From Mytilus edulis (lineage: Eukaryota): DNA of 64,000 bases. Position 1 is the first letter of the stretch. Each line of letters opens with the position of its first letter. A model generated the notes under the pieces. The model worked only from the letters and a program-made list of their open reading frames with translations, did no database searches and was not told where the DNA came from. The stretch covers positions 1,364,001 to 1,428,000 of the forward strand of contig NC_092353.1 in NCBI RefSeq assembly GCF_963676685.1. The letters run 5' to 3'. A program made the translations under genes and the position numbers. This document shows positions 37,662 to 52,034 of the stretch, piece by piece.

Positions 37662-38159
37662 TTATTCAAAATAAACTCCATGTACAATACCTATGGCGAA
37701 CAAAGAAGTGTTTTTGTATACAACGTAAGCAAAACTGTCGTGTTTTGGATCCCATACGGAACGACTGGCTGTTTCTAGTCCCTGGTCTTTACACTGTCCT
37801 ATAATCACATTACTTATTATTTTGTAGCGCGGGAAACCCAAAGATTTCACTTGATTTTTCACAAGAACTGACAAATCCAAACACAGTTTTGAACATCTTT
37901 CAGGGTCATATTTGATGTCGCCTAGGTAATTTTCAAAGGTCTTATAAATTTCTGATTTGACCTTACAAGTCGCAAATTTTGTACCATCATCAGGATCCAT
38001 TTTGAAAGTATTTTCCAATTTAACTTTTGGCTTGTCGTCTGGTTTTTCCTCTGCTAGATCTGAGAGTCCGGCTCTCGTCATTCGCCGATGACGCAGCATT
38101 TCTGTTTGAGATGCCGTAAGTTTCACAAAAGAAGAACGTCTTCTATTACGCATGCTCAT
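37662..38159 (-). CDS. Tctex-1-domain dynein light chain (TCTEX1D1/DYNLT5-like), paralogue 1
   Basis: LENTFKMDP...Y.PERC...VKSLGFPRYKIISNVIIGQ...QG...ASRSVWDPKHDSFA...NTSLFAIGIVHGVYFE, a complete Tctex-1 domain. A splice acceptor lies 81 nt upstream of the ATG. Confidence 0.93.
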   Translation of the reverse strand: MSMRNRRRSSFVKLTASQTEMLRHRRMTRAGLSDLAEEKPDDKPKVKLENTFKMDPDDGTKFATCKVKSEIYKTFENYLGDIKYDPERCSKLCLDLSVLVKNQVKSLGFPRYKIISNVIIGQCKDQGLETASRSVWDPKHDSFAYVVYKNTSLFAIGIVHGVYFE

Positions 38160-41100
38160 GGTTGGAGTCTTGAGAAGCTTGCTGTTGGAAGATGATTCGG
38201 AATCATCAAGGAAGTTGACAGATTCCTTTTTTGACTCCGTCTAAACAAAAACAAACATATATATTTGTTAACATTTAACAACCAATAACATTAAAATGAC
38301 AGTAATTATAAAAAAAGAAGATGAGGTATAATTGCTAATGAGACAACTCTCCACAAGAGACAAACTGACCGTGACAGAAATTAACAACTATAGGTTACTG
38401 TACGGCAAATATTTTGCTTTGAGGTTTGGCTGTACGTGTGAAAATCTTTATCTAAATGGGATGACACCTTATTATATTTACAATGATATTGTCAATAGAG
38501 CTCGTCATATTAGATACGATCCATGTTAACTTATTGGTTTTTTTTATGTAATAAACCTGAAGTAAGACCTTCTAAAGCTTTCAAAACAAAGATATTTTAC
38601 CCCGTCACATTCTTTATGCGCATATCTCAACATGGCATCGTGTATAATTCAGTGCTTGGCTTTTGTTGCTGTTCATTATATTTATTTTTCTTTCACTGTT
38701 TTTTTAAATAATGGCCACTGATTTTCTCTTTTGGATTGGATTGCGTTTTTGTGGTGCTTCTTTAAGAGTTTGATGAAAGGCATGAGTTTTGCTTATGGTT
38801 GAAGTCCGTACTGTGACTTAATATATACTCATACTAATATAATGTACTCACACTGACTGAATCTGACATAATGGCTCTATATATATATCAAACTGGTCGT
38901 CCTGGTAAATAAAAACAATAATGAACAACTGAATCTGACATTTTGCAGATAACATTAAGATTACAACATGAATTGCCTGGTAAATAAAACAAATAGATAC
39001 TCTTACCAAATATGATGTCCCTAACTACTCTTACAAACATATAAAGATTCAAAAGACCATTCTAATAAGACACTTTTGACAAAATGAGAGAATCACCCAG
39101 GCAGGTCGATGCCACTGATGCATGGTAGACGTTTCGCTTCATAGAGTATCAACATCACAGCAAAGTGAACACGAATATGACAGCTAATGTCTCTTGAAGG
39201 TTTTGTTGTTTTAATCTATTTAGTGGTTTCGGGTCTTTCAAAGAAACCCAAATAAAGATTAAGCAGGCACCGCGAAGATGACCCCAAAGCGAACGGTCGT
39301 GCCAAAAGTAATATTCACGTTATGGGACTGTCATACTAGTCAGAGGTTTCAATTAGCTAGTTATAAAACCAGTATTAATCCACCATATTCTTCAGAAGAA
39401 TATGTCTGTACTAAGTTAGGAATATTACAGTTGTTTTCCACTCGTTTAAGTTTTGTGTTTGAGCTTTTGATTTTGCCATTATAGGGACTTTCTTTTTTGA
39501 ATTTTCATTTTCATACAGTGGCGGATCCAGAAATTTTTATTGGGGGCCCACTGACTGCCTAAGAGGTGACCCGCTCCGGTGATGCTTCAGTAATTCTCTA
39601 TATAATTAACCAAATTTTTCCCAGAAAAGGGGGGGGGGGGCTGGGCCTCTCCCTAAATCCGCCTCAGGGTAATTCTGTTAAATTTCTTTTTACTCAATAT
39701 GGGAGTCTTTATTTGTACAGGTATACATAAAGCAATGTTGGATAAAATGAAAGTACAAATAAAGCAATGTAGGATAAAATGGAAGTAAAAATAGAGTAAT
39801 CATATTGTTATTAAGTTAAATGTTATGATTTACATGATCAAAATTCAAATACTCATAAAACACTTGTAAAAATTAAACAAAGACCTATTTTGAATCCGTT
39901 TAAAAGACAAGTTGGATTGCTATGTCCATGGTAGATAGGTGCTTTCAATAACCAACTCGCCAATGGGCATAATTGGCAGTAAGTAAAGTAATAACCAACT
40001 CCGTGATTTTGCATTCAAACAAAAAATCTGTTTTGGAATATTTTACTTTTCTAGAAATCGCGATAGCAGTTATAAGATTTATTTGTTCGAGGCTGCACTA
40101 ATATCTAATATAGTGACAATTGACAATAAACAGTTAATTCTTAATTACGATGAGTTCAAAAATAAGTATACATTTGTGAATTTTATCGATGTTTCACGTA
40201 TAGGGGTACACGTGGGGAGCTGATCAATGTTATATATATATAATAGTTAAATATATTTAAAATATGGGTACAAATGTGAATATTTTCGGTCACGGTACAA
40301 ATATAAAAAAAGCGTACATATGTGAATATGATCGATGGTACAGAAAAAAAAGTACATATCTAAGTACAGTATTCTTTTCGATCGTACAAAATAAAAAAAA
40401 GGGGTACATAGTATGAATTGTATCGATGTTTAACTCTTGAATGGTCAATACACGAGCAACACGATTCTAAATAGTTTCCACTCATTTCATCGTTATTTTA
40501 AAGATATCTGGACTTCGGATCGCTCGTCGATTTGCACCAAATTATAGAGAAATATATTTCATGTATATTAGTCATAATTTACAATAAAAATATTTGCTGT
40601 ACTTACCAACAGATTTTCACTTTTTTCCTTTGATTGTTTAAAAGAATAATAACCTGTCGCCGAACTTTAACTTCACCCCTATTAATCTTTTAAAACCATT
40701 TTACACATCGTCTATCAAATCTAAACAAATATACAAGCTATAAACATATAAATATTCTATATATCGAATACTTAAGCTGCTTAAACCATACTTTAAAAGT
40801 AATTAAAACTTAAATTATTTATTTTGTTAAATGTTAAGTTACGTATTTTATTAAAACATAATTGTTTCATTATAAAAGTACGACCAGCTGAAATATCGAT
40901 TACCTTGTAGTTTATACATCTTCACTTCATTGGTTTTTATATCTTCTCAACATTTTGGCTACTCACAATTTAATTTGTATCTTTTAAATATGAAATTGAT
41001 TTTTTAAATTCTTTAGATTTATATCGTATCAGACGTTTCGTTCGTAATGCTTTTTATATATATATATATTTTTTTATCTTGAAACGAAACGAAAAGAAAG

Positions 41101-42359
41101 AAAATACAATAAAATAAATAAATAATAGAAATGAAAATAAAAGCCTGACATTCTTTACAAAAACCAAGGATTTTTATTGTAAGATACCATGCAAATCCTT
41201 GCAATAACACAATAGAAATGTAAGAATACTTTTTTCAAGCAGTAGTTTAACCTTAAATCCGCATTTCTGTAGTCGTTCTCTTCTTTCTCGCAGATAAGTA
41301 AATTGGTGTGTTCTGCAATTGTTTCATGGAAGTCATTTTTTCGTGGAAAAATTAAAAATAAAAACTTAATAAATCAATTTGATAAAAGAACAACACTGTG
41401 TTTCTGTTTCTTTCATTGAAACGCGAAAAGTTTCCCCTTTTCCCAAAAAATAATAAGACGTTTAATTTTGTTACCTTCTGTCTACTCTTTGAGCGGGTTG
41501 CTGTCTTTTTGACATATTCCGTATTTATATTCTCAATTTTATTTTGTATTAAAAACTGTTCAAAAAACAGAACACATCAAGAGGCATATCGATTCGCTGC
41601 TTTGTGTATATCAATGAGTCAACAGATAGATATAAGAAGATGTGGTATGAGTGTCAGTTAGACAACTCTCTATCCAAGTCACAATTTGTAAAAGCAAACC
41701 ATTATAAGTCGAATTATGGTCTTTAACACGGAGCAAAGTTTACGATGTGCAACTATCATATAGAGACACCTAGGACCATGAGGAGTACCTGTGTATCTGT
41801 GTATCTACACGCAGTGGCAGAATCAGGGGGGGTGGGGGGGGGGTACGGGGGTTGGAACCCCTCTTTTTTTGGGAAGGATCAATGCATTTGAATGGGGACA
41901 TATGGTTGGACCCCCGTTATTCCTTGGTTGGGGGATAAAAAAAACATTACGCGTAATCACTTTTAACACAAAACACACATATATGTAATTGTGGAACATT
42001 TAGAAAACTTTCTTAAAGATATTTAATTACAAACGTGGCGAACGGGTATGCACTAGAGATAAATATCCTCAAACGGTACGTACTGTTAAGGCAGCTGTCG
42101 AAATAGGTTGTTAAGGTTAAACACAAATGAGTCCTGGAATGAATGGTTTATTTTGTCTTTTTCTACGCCCGAACCTAAAACCCAAGGAGGTATAAATGCC
42201 TGAATTTGGGAAGAGTTTTATCACTTATAGGTACCCAAAAGTAATAACTAATAGAACTGTGAATGGAAACAGAGAATATGTCAAAGAAAACACAACTCGA
42301 CCAAAGAGCAGTAAACAGCCTCAACGCAACGACAAGGCAGGCTTCAACTGGACCCTATG

Positions 42360-44513
42360 TAGTTGATCTTAGATCAACTTTGCCGGAAAAAATAGGATGT
42401 GATTTTCCGTTTTAAATAGGATTTCTACAGTTATAGCCAACTGAATACCAAACCAAAAATTGTAGCCAACTGAATACCAAACCAAAAATTGTTCATTACT
42501 ACTTTTAGAATTACCTGACAAGCATTATTACATCTCGACAATAAAATATGCACTGGTATATGGGTCATTATAAAAAAAAGTGCAAATTTCGACGAGGTAA
42601 TATTATGAAAAATGATGTCATTGTTTAAAATATTTTAATGTGTTCCTTTATTCTATAGTATAGTAGCAACGGTATTCAGAAATATGCAATGGGAAAAATG
42701 AAGAGTTCTTTCAATTTTAACAATTTTAGGTCATCCTTTGATATAATCGTGTCAATGGTGTTATCAATTTAAAACATGCATTTAGGTACTAAATATTATT
42801 GTTAAACATCAAACAACTGTTCCAATTTGTTATTTAGGTCAAAATTACAACTTATTGACATTATTCATATAGCTGTGCATTCTATTTAAACATAAATTTC
42901 AGCATACATTGTCGTAAAAAGTTAATTGGCTGTCCTAATTATGGCTGTTGTAAATACTAAAAAAATAAACTTAAACTGAATATATGAATAGTGTATAAGA
43001 TAAGATGATAAGAATATGCCTAATCTTCCGTATACGACATAAAAACACTTTCATTTATGAATGAAAATTAAAAAAAATATCCCATTTTTATATAATAACA
43101 CCACTGACTCTCCAGTAACTCCAATGACACAAAAGTATCACCATTGACAACACATTTCAAATTTTACTTTTAATAAGTACTGAACACAAAACAGAGAACA
43201 CTGAGCAAAAGAAAAAGAAGAAAAAATAATTCTTAGGCTATAAAATCTCAAATCATATAACATAATATCAATACCTAAAAATGTCAGTAGTGTTACTAAA
43301 TAGTGTCATTGGTGTTACCAAAATACACCAGTTTTTGAAAACTTTGTATATGTAATACATGATATTGTTAAAACATTGTTAAATAAGTATTGTTTTTCAT
43401 AAATAATATGATGTTTCGCTTGTTAAACATGAAAGAAACACAAAAAAATGCTGATTGTCATTATATATTCAGTGGTGTTACTAAACTGGTCAATGTTGTT
43501 ATTTTATTTAAAAGGTATCACGATTGACATTAACATCATTGATTTTCATGTGTGTTCCATTCCCCTCTTTTATATGGTGTTCCTGGTGCAAGCTTCTACC
43601 ATTAATATATTTCATAATTCAAAGTTCAGGAATTTATTAAAAAAAAAGATTTTTATAAGGGTACACCATGGACAATATTTTCAATTACGATATAGCTTTT
43701 TCTTACTTTTAATATTTTTTTACTAAATTTTCAACATGAATGTTTGTTTTCTTTTATATAGCATGCTTACATGTAACATTGATAAGAAAGAAACTATTCA
43801 GTAAATGCTGAAATCTTGAGAAAGATAACTCTTATCCTACCAATTTATCCTTTGGTTACACCATTGACTTAAGATATGAGACTTTTCCTTTTGGTGATTT
43901 TTTTTTATTATAAAACCAACATACACCTTCCAAATCCTTAAAAAAATGTTTGCATGTATCAAAAAAGCAATAAAAAGGGATAAATCCTAACAACAAATGA
44001 TATGAAAAATAGTCCTATCTCAGGTCTGAAGGGATTTATAGCAAAAAATAACAGTTGATTCTGGCTATATCAAAGAGTTTGAGAAAAAAAATTAAGGATG
44101 TTTTTATAACATGTCATACTGCAAACTGTGTATAGTGTATGTCTTTTGACTTAAAAAGACCAAATAACATAGTTTTGCATGTTTTTTTTTATAATGACCC
44201 ATATATATCCGAAATGAAAATAACACTTTATGTATTTTGTTCGTCCGAGTTGCAGTTTTGGATATACCTCCATCAGGAAATCACAAAAAAAACTTTTGAC
44301 ATCCAAGGTGTAAAAATACTCAATACTTACAACTGTAAGATCAAACTGGACCTTATATTTTCTAAAGATTAACGTTTAAAGACATAAAATTAGAAAGATT
44401 GACCTTGTATGGCAGGTTATTTACACTTGATTAGAAAAAACCCCACTTAACAATTCATGCCATGGATATTTTTAGTAATCTCCCAACTTAAGCGGATGTT
44501 GAAAGATCAATTA
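42360..44513. mobile_element. Possible non-autonomous DNA transposon
   Basis: Ends TAGTTGATCTT / AAGATCAATTA (1 mismatch). Many internal ACACCATTGACA-like motifs in both orientations. No clear TSD. Confidence 0.3.
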
Positions 44514-44899
44514 TTAGTAAACCTCGTTCAACCTTTAAACTTTAAGATTACATTCTTATGCTATATATGCTTTTAATGTGTTTTTGGTTAATTAGACAGC
44601 TTAATCTTTTTATGCAATATTCTACAAATTATTTTTATAATATATACGATATTGTTACATGAATACGATTATAGGATTTGACATACATCGCACGGTTGTT
44701 TATGTTTTTGTTTTTGTGGTGTTTTCCTTAAAAACAGCAATTTAAATATAGAAACAATTAATTAAATCTATATATTTATTCATAACACTCAGGAAAATAA
44801 TTGAAATATTGTTTTATACGAATGAAAATGAGACAGCTATCCAACGAAAAGAATAAACCAAAGTCAATATTCAATCCTCAACTACAGTTACGATATAAA

Positions 44900-45245
44900 A
44901 ATGATGAGATGTGGTATGATTGCCAACGAGACTACTATCCACCATAGTTCAAATGAAGTAAATGTAAGCACTTATAGGCAACCTTACGCCCTTTAACAAT
45001 GAGAACAATCCATACCGTGTGGTCGGCTATACAAGGTCCTGATTTATAACAAAACATTTTACGAAAAACAAATATGACAGAAATGAACCAACGACAACCA
45101 CTGAACTACAGGCTCCTGACTTGGGTAAGGCACATAAATAATGTGGCGGGGTTAAACACGTTTGCGAGCGCGCAACCTCCCCATAACCTGAGACAATAGT
45201 GTAACAGTACAACAAAATAACAAAACTATAAAAATCAACTGAAAG
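44900..45245 (+). repeat. Interspersed SINE-like repeat family
   Basis: The head AGATGTGGTATGATTGCCAAxGAGAC recurs at ~35960, 38318, 41636, 48150, 48696 and, reversed, ~54690. Confidence 0.7.
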
Positions 45246-45842
45246 TCTATGCAATATGTCAAGCTCTAAATCGCATATCATCGCACAGCGTCGAAAAGGC
45301 TGTATCTCAACCCTCCTTTTTTTGTTGTTGATCTCGGTTGATTGTGGTCTAACAAAAAATACATAAAACTTGACAATGGGGACAAGAGGCACCAGTGAAA
45401 AGTGAAGGTCAGGGACACAAATGTTCATGGTGTCAATCTAGATACTAAATATATAAGGAAATGAGGTGATTGCCAATTATATAACTTCCCACCACAGTTC
45501 AAAGGACGTTATGTCACCTTGCGACTTTCCACAATGAGCAAATAATCATATACTGTATAGTCACCTATATATGATAGGTCCCAACATTACAAAATGTGTG
45601 AAACAATCCTTACTAGGAAACTAACGAACCAAATAATAACAACAACAAGCGAAAGGTTAAAATGACAGACAGAAACCAACGACAACGACTGAAATAACAC
45701 TCTTCTGTTAGGTCAAACATGTGAGAGCTCAACCCTGCATTACAAAAAGAAATGTACAAATGCTGGCTTTTTAGATCAGTATGTAGCACAAAACAAGCAA
45801 CATAAAAACAAAAGACCTCAAGAACTAATGTTCATATATACG

Positions 45843-46147
45843 AAAAAAAGTAAAATCACAAAAATACTGAACTTAGAGGAAGATCAATTCGGAAAGTCCA
45901 TAATCACATGGCAAAATCAAATATCAAAACGCATAAAAAACGAATGGACAAAAACTGTCATATTCCTGACTTGGTACAGGCATTTTCAAATGTAGAAAAT
46001 GGTGGATTAAACCTGGTTCTATAGCGCTAACCCTCTCACTTTAATGACAGTCTCATCAGTTTCCGATATTTTTACATTAATGCGTTAAATAAACAGACAC
46101 AATAAATATAATAGTCAAAATATGGGTACATCAGTCATCATCGTTTA
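45843..46147 (+). repeat. Interspersed repeat
   Basis: A diverged reverse-complement copy lies at ~39330-39510. Confidence 0.55.
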
Positions 46148-47382
46148 ACGAAGTTATTGAAAGCCAGTCAAAGTCTATTTAACTTATAAATAAATTATGT
46201 TTCCCCAGGTTAAAGTGTCAATCAGTGCACACCAATGAATATGATAGTCTTAGAAAAGCATGACCTTGTACAACGCCAAACTATAAGTACATAGTATCGA
46301 CAGGATGTAGGACCTTACATGTCAAAAGTGATCATCAGTATACAAGATCTAGACAGAAAATGCTGATATGGCTGAAACTTTAGAATACTGACCAAATATA
46401 GAAGTCATTTTACATAAAATGGCGATAGTTAACACATTTAAGCATTTCGATCCATCTTCCTGTTTTTCATAGATAGGCAGACATTTTAGATATAAAAAAA
46501 AAGAAATATAGGTTCCACCACTAATTGACGCTTTTAAAATGTTTCTGTCCTATAAGGGTTCAATTTATACTGTATCGGCCAAGTTAACATTTTTATTGAT
46601 CTTGTATTGTTGATTATTTTTGGATTGGATCTTAAATATTCTTCAACCTTGTATCATATTTGGCTTTGTTTTTACTTTTGGGATTCAAGCGTGATCTCAG
46701 ACGACTGTCGATGGTCATGTTATATAAAACGATATAATCATAAATATACATTTAAATAGATAGCGAACACGTGCAATTGTATTTTTCTAGGTCTGTTGTT
46801 TGATTTCATATTATGGGTAAAAATGTATGTTAATCATCATTTTTAAATGTTTAAAAATGAGTTTTTGTAAATAGAACCAGTTAACGAAATTGTTTACCCT
46901 TGTTTCACTTTCAATGTTGACATTCTTTTCCGTTTAACAACTGAAAACGCTTAATTCATGCGTAATCCGTCTCTAGCTAAAGGGTTAAATTGAAGGTTAA
47001 ACTTGCAAGTGAATAATTCATCTTCAATGTCTATTAGCTTGTTTTGACAAAATTGAACTAAACTGGCTTCTAAAAGCAAAAATCATTTCACTATTTCACT
47101 TTCATCAATGATTGAACAAAACAAATTCATATTTTATTATTTTTATATCTCGTAGTTGATGCCCCTTCAACGAGGGCGTTATAAAATAAAACACATATAT
47201 AAATTGTTTTACAAATAATCACAAAGTGAGCTGATATCGATGTTATACGTAGCTATATACAGTATGAAAATCTCGGTATGTTCCAACCTTCGCTATTATA
47301 CCTCCTTTATGAAGTTGGATAAATATTCACAAGCACAAAACATAATGATATAAATACAAATGTCTCTTTATACACAATACTT

Positions 47383-47895
47383 TTACTCAAAATACACTGC
47401 ATGGACTATTCCAATTGCATACAAAGATGAATTATTGTACACATAATACGTAAAATTATCCGTTTTGGGGTCCCAGATAGATCGACTGGCGGTTTCTAGA
47501 CCCTGTTCGTTACATTGTCCCATTATAACATTACAGATAAATTTATAGCGCGGGAAAGCCAGTTCCTTCATCTTATTTTTCACTAGTACGGACAGGTCTA
47601 AACATAGTTCTGAGCATCGTGCGGAGTCGTAGGCCATATCACCAAGATAATTTTGAAAAATATTGTGAATTTCTTTTTTTGCTTTGGCTGTAGAGAATCT
47701 CTTGTCTTCATCGGGGATCATTTTAAAAGTGTTTTCCATTTTGATCTTTGGTTTTTCTTCTTGTTTTGTGTCGGACGTGTCTCCCGGAAGTTGAAGATTT
47801 CTAGCGGTTAGTGTCATCCTTCTGGTTGTCAGTTTTTCAGTGGCAGAAATTGCCAGTTTGGCAAATGATGGTTTTCTTTTGGACACGGCAGCCAT
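47383..47895 (-). CDS. Tctex-1-domain dynein light chain (TCTEX1D1/DYNLT5-like), paralogue 2
   Basis: MENTFKMIP...LAFPRYKFICNVIMGQ...ASRSIWDPKTDNF...SLYAIGIVHAVYFE. An acceptor lies 80 nt upstream of the ATG, with in-frame stops in the leader. Confidence 0.93.
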   Translation of the reverse strand: MAAVSKRKPSFAKLAISATEKLTTRRMTLTARNLQLPGDTSDTKQEEKPKIKMENTFKMIPDEDKRFSTAKAKKEIHNIFQNYLGDMAYDSARCSELCLDLSVLVKNKMKELAFPRYKFICNVIMGQCNEQGLETASRSIWDPKTDNFTYYVYNNSSLYAIGIVHAVYFE

Positions 47896-50800
47896 TGCTG
47901 TTGGTCTGACGATTTTACAGGATTTTTATGTAACACTCTGTCAGTACATCCAAATAATTGAAGTCTTAGTTGGTTCTGAAATGTAAAAATGATATGTTTA
48001 TTTTTAGATTAAGCAATTGAGCATCTTTCATTCCAAAAAAAGAGAAAAACCGAAACGGATCTGAAAAACCTTATTTCAGAAAAAGTGTATTCTCTCTGGT
48101 AAGAGGTTACAACAAGCAACAATATTACATCAGTTCAGCATATAAATAAAAATGTGGTATGATTGTAATTGAGACTAGTACCACCCAATTTCAAGAACCT
48201 CGCCAGTGGTTGAATTGTCATATCTAGTTGTTTTTGTTATAATATATAGAGTATTTGACAATGCTTCCTTCATCTGATTATTGAAGGTCTAACAGTGACT
48301 TATATTTGTTTTCATCCTCATCCTGCTGATTTTTGTAGGTCTTACAGTGACCTATATTTGTTTTCATCCTCGTCCTGTTAATTTTTGAAGGTCTCACAGA
48401 CACCTATTTTTGTTCGTCTTTTGATCTATGATGGACGAATCAGTTATAATTTCTATTTAATTCATTCACACGACGATTTAGAGTTCGGCATTTCTTGTTT
48501 TGCCTGTCGATTACACACAAGGCCTTTGTATAACAAGGAAACTGCCAAGAGCCTTTTTATTATAAAACAGTGTACGGAGATTAAAAAAAAAAAATACTCG
48601 CAAGCCATTACATGTGCAATTTCAGTTAAGCTAATTATTGTTTCAAATCTGAAGATGTTTGTGAAGGGAACCCATGGTTTCCTGTCCCAATATAAAAAGA
48701 TGTGGTATGATTGCAAATGAGACAACTCTCCACAATAGACCAAATGATACAGAAATTAACAACTATACGTCACCGTTTAAGGCCTTCAACAATTAAGACA
48801 GGTAATTTCAAATCAAAGAATATGAATTACACATGGTAATTAATAAGAAATACATACCTACCCCAAACAGTAACCACCTTAAAATAGAACAGAAGTAAAA
48901 TATCCACGCTGTTAAAACATATAAATCTACAATGTAAGTGCTTGACACGAATTAACCATAGGTAGAATAACAAAGAAGTAAGAAGATTAGTCCTTCCCTA
49001 ACACAATACATTCACATGGCTCTCTCTCTCAATAACCCGTACAGTTTACACTCTGTCAAAGTTGACCATCCAATATAACCAATAAAATAAAAAATAATAA
49101 TATCGATTTAATTTAGCAGCAATTCAGTAATTTAATTAAAAGTCAAATAGTCATTAATCGTAGGAATGCTCATAAGCGCCAGAAAATTATGAAATCACAA
49201 GTTCACTGTTTTAATGTAAAGTTTTAGTAATTAATTACATATACTTTGAACTCTTAAGCTCGAACACATGGCAGGAACAGTACTATACACGGTTCCAGTT
49301 TATATTAAAGGTTCCTCCAAGACAGCACTGTCATTTTGTTTCTACTACTTTTAATTTCCCTGATATCTACAATTATCATTGTTTATTTACTCCATTTTTA
49401 TTTCAATCCTCCACATTTGCATGGTAAATACAACATACGTGCAGGTTAAATAGGTTTACAATTACAACACGACCTTGTCTTCTATTTTCTTAGTGTTGAA
49501 ATTGATAATGAAAGAAAAAAACTATTATAGAATGAATATGAAATAAGTAAATAGCAGGTAGGATAACAGAAAAGAACATACGGGGATAATATTAACATCT
49601 CTAAGTCCTCGCAGTCCACTTAGCTTTGACATTGAGCATCATCGACTAACAGTTGATATAATGATATATGTATGTCGCTAAGGTTTGCTTCAATAGTTAT
49701 CATTTTTAGTCGAAATACGATACAATAACAGCTGCAGGTGATTGCAATCTTCTTGACCTTCAACAGTGAGCACCAGAGATCAAAAAGCAATTAAATGACA
49801 TCACATGTCGCTGTTATCCGCTGAATCTTCAGCTGTGAGCACCAAAGACAAGAAGGCAATAAAATAACGTCATATGACGTCCCTAATATTATATTGCATT
49901 TTGATCTTTATCCTTGAACACCAGAGACCAATCGACGATACAATGACTTAAAGGGGTCGCTGCAGTCAGCTTAGTTAGCTTTCATTCATACCAACTTTTA
50001 AAGACGATATAATGTTATTCCTATGGACTTTAACAGTGAGCACCAGAGAGAAAAGCACGAAAACGTGACATTTACTGGTCCCAATAGAATGCTTGAAGGC
50101 CTGAACAATGAGCGTCATAGATAAAGGGACGATAGGGCGACATCTACTACTTCACATAGTCCCTGTGACATTCAACAATGAACACCATAGACTAAAGGCC
50201 AAGAGGAAGGCATTTTCATATACAACTTGTCCGTATGGTCTTCAACATTTTTAACAGCAGATGCCAATGAACTAAAATCAACAGTTTAACCACAAAATAA
50301 GAAAAAATCTGATGATTTGATTAATTAATTGCTCAACGTGCAGTGGCAATATTTCAAAACAGATAAGTTACTTATAAAATTCTAGTAAAAAGCGAAAATA
50401 TGGAGCATGTCAGGGGAAAATGCAGATATAGATTGTAGATTACTGGCTTCTGGTTTAATATGTTTCTGAGCGAACAGACCAAAAAGACAATAATAATAAC
50501 CAATATAGAACAATGACACCAATCTACTTTTGTTTTACATTCTGAAAGGTACCAAAATAGCGCAAGTGGTAATTGAAGCAGTCAAGCTTGTTGTATTATC
50601 TGATTGAGGTTAACTCGAGGCCATAAATGCATTGTATTATACTTTTATTTGAAATTTGGAATTGTAAGGGATGACCGAATTTTGATTGATGTACGCCACT
50701 GTACACATCGATAGAAAAATATACCATGTACATACAAATTTTTGACGGCTTTACTTAATCGCCACGCCAACGCCGACGGATTAGCATCCGTTCAAGGCGA

Positions 50801-51439
50801 GACAATAAACGGACAAAGTTATGCGATAACTAAGATTTGTACTGTGTTCTTATTTGGCTAATAATCAGTTCTTGTGTAGAGATTCCACCTAAGGACACGT
50901 ACTGTACTCTCGTTGTATTATATAAAACATTAAAATAAAATTGAGAATGGAAATGGGAACGTGCCAACGAGACAACAACCCGACCATAGAGCAGACTACA
51001 TGCAGCAGACGTTCACGGCAACACTCTGTTACCTCTCTATATAATCAATGTGATGCATCATGTGGTTCTGAGAGATAAGAGAGAAACCAAAGAAGGGCAA
51101 TGGCCAAAACTTCTTATGAATGGGTTATGTTTAAATTCTACCTATTTGAGTTATGTGAAAGTGATGATTGAATATTCGAGATCAGAAAAAAGAGAATACT
51201 AATACACAATGAAAACATTTTAATAACCATTTAATGCATTAAGTAGTAGAGCTATTCACAGGATTGTAATAAACACAAAATATTTAAAATGAAGTGCAAT
51301 ATACAATTAATTTAAATATAAAAGCTGATTAAATTTAACCTATTTGAGACAAACCAAATCACCTAACGACAAATAATGAAAAAGTTAAGTTTACAAAATG
51401 ATTAAACCCTTTACCTATTTAATCCATGACAGGACACTC

Positions 51440-51945
51440 AGTAATTCCCACGAAACCACCCTCTTATTCGTTTAGCGTTTAACACCACTCTCAGAAGTTA
51501 ATGGGTGCAGAAAGACGGAATGCCTTGAGAAAACCACTTATCTTCGGCAGAAAAACTAATAATACATGTATTAGTCAATGAAGAGATGAGTCTAGCGCAC
51601 CGACAACGTGTGGGATTTGATCTCACATACTGATAATTGTCAGGCTAGTGACACAGTAGTTGTGGGATTTGATCTCACATACTCAGAATTGTCAGGCTAG
51701 TGACACAGTAGTTCGACTGTGGGATTTGATCTCGCATACTCAGAATTGTCAGGCTAGTGACACAGTAGTTGTGGGATTTGATCTGACATACTCAGAATTG
51801 TCAGGCTAGTGACACAGTAGTTGTGGGATTTGATCTGACATACTCAGAATTGTCAGGCTAGTGACACAGTAGTTGTGGGATTTGATCTGACATACTCAGA
51901 ATTGTCAGGCTAGTGACACAGTAGTTCGACTACTTAGACCAATCT
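51440..51945 (-). mobile_element. Degenerate tRNA-derived SINE whose head is amplified into a 52-bp tandem repeat (x6)
   Basis: Minus strand: A-box-like TGGTCTAAGTAG (~51930-51941), then six units each with B-box-like GAGATCAAATCCC, then GGTGGTTTTCTC-like V-domain remnant. Plus-strand unit TGTGGGATTTGATCTSACATACTCAGAATTGTCAGGCTAGTGACACAGTAGT. Confidence 0.6.
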
Positions 51946-52034
51946 GTTAACAAGATCCTCATAGTAGGAAGAAGATACTGCTCTACCCATTTAGTCATAT
52001 ATAATGAAACCGTTAAAAAGCTCAAGTTTAAAAT

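Noticed and set aside
38300-47300. Many 60-130-aa ORFs between the Tctex genes
   Set aside because: Low-complexity AT-rich or repeat-derived, with no recognisable motifs or consistent splice phase.
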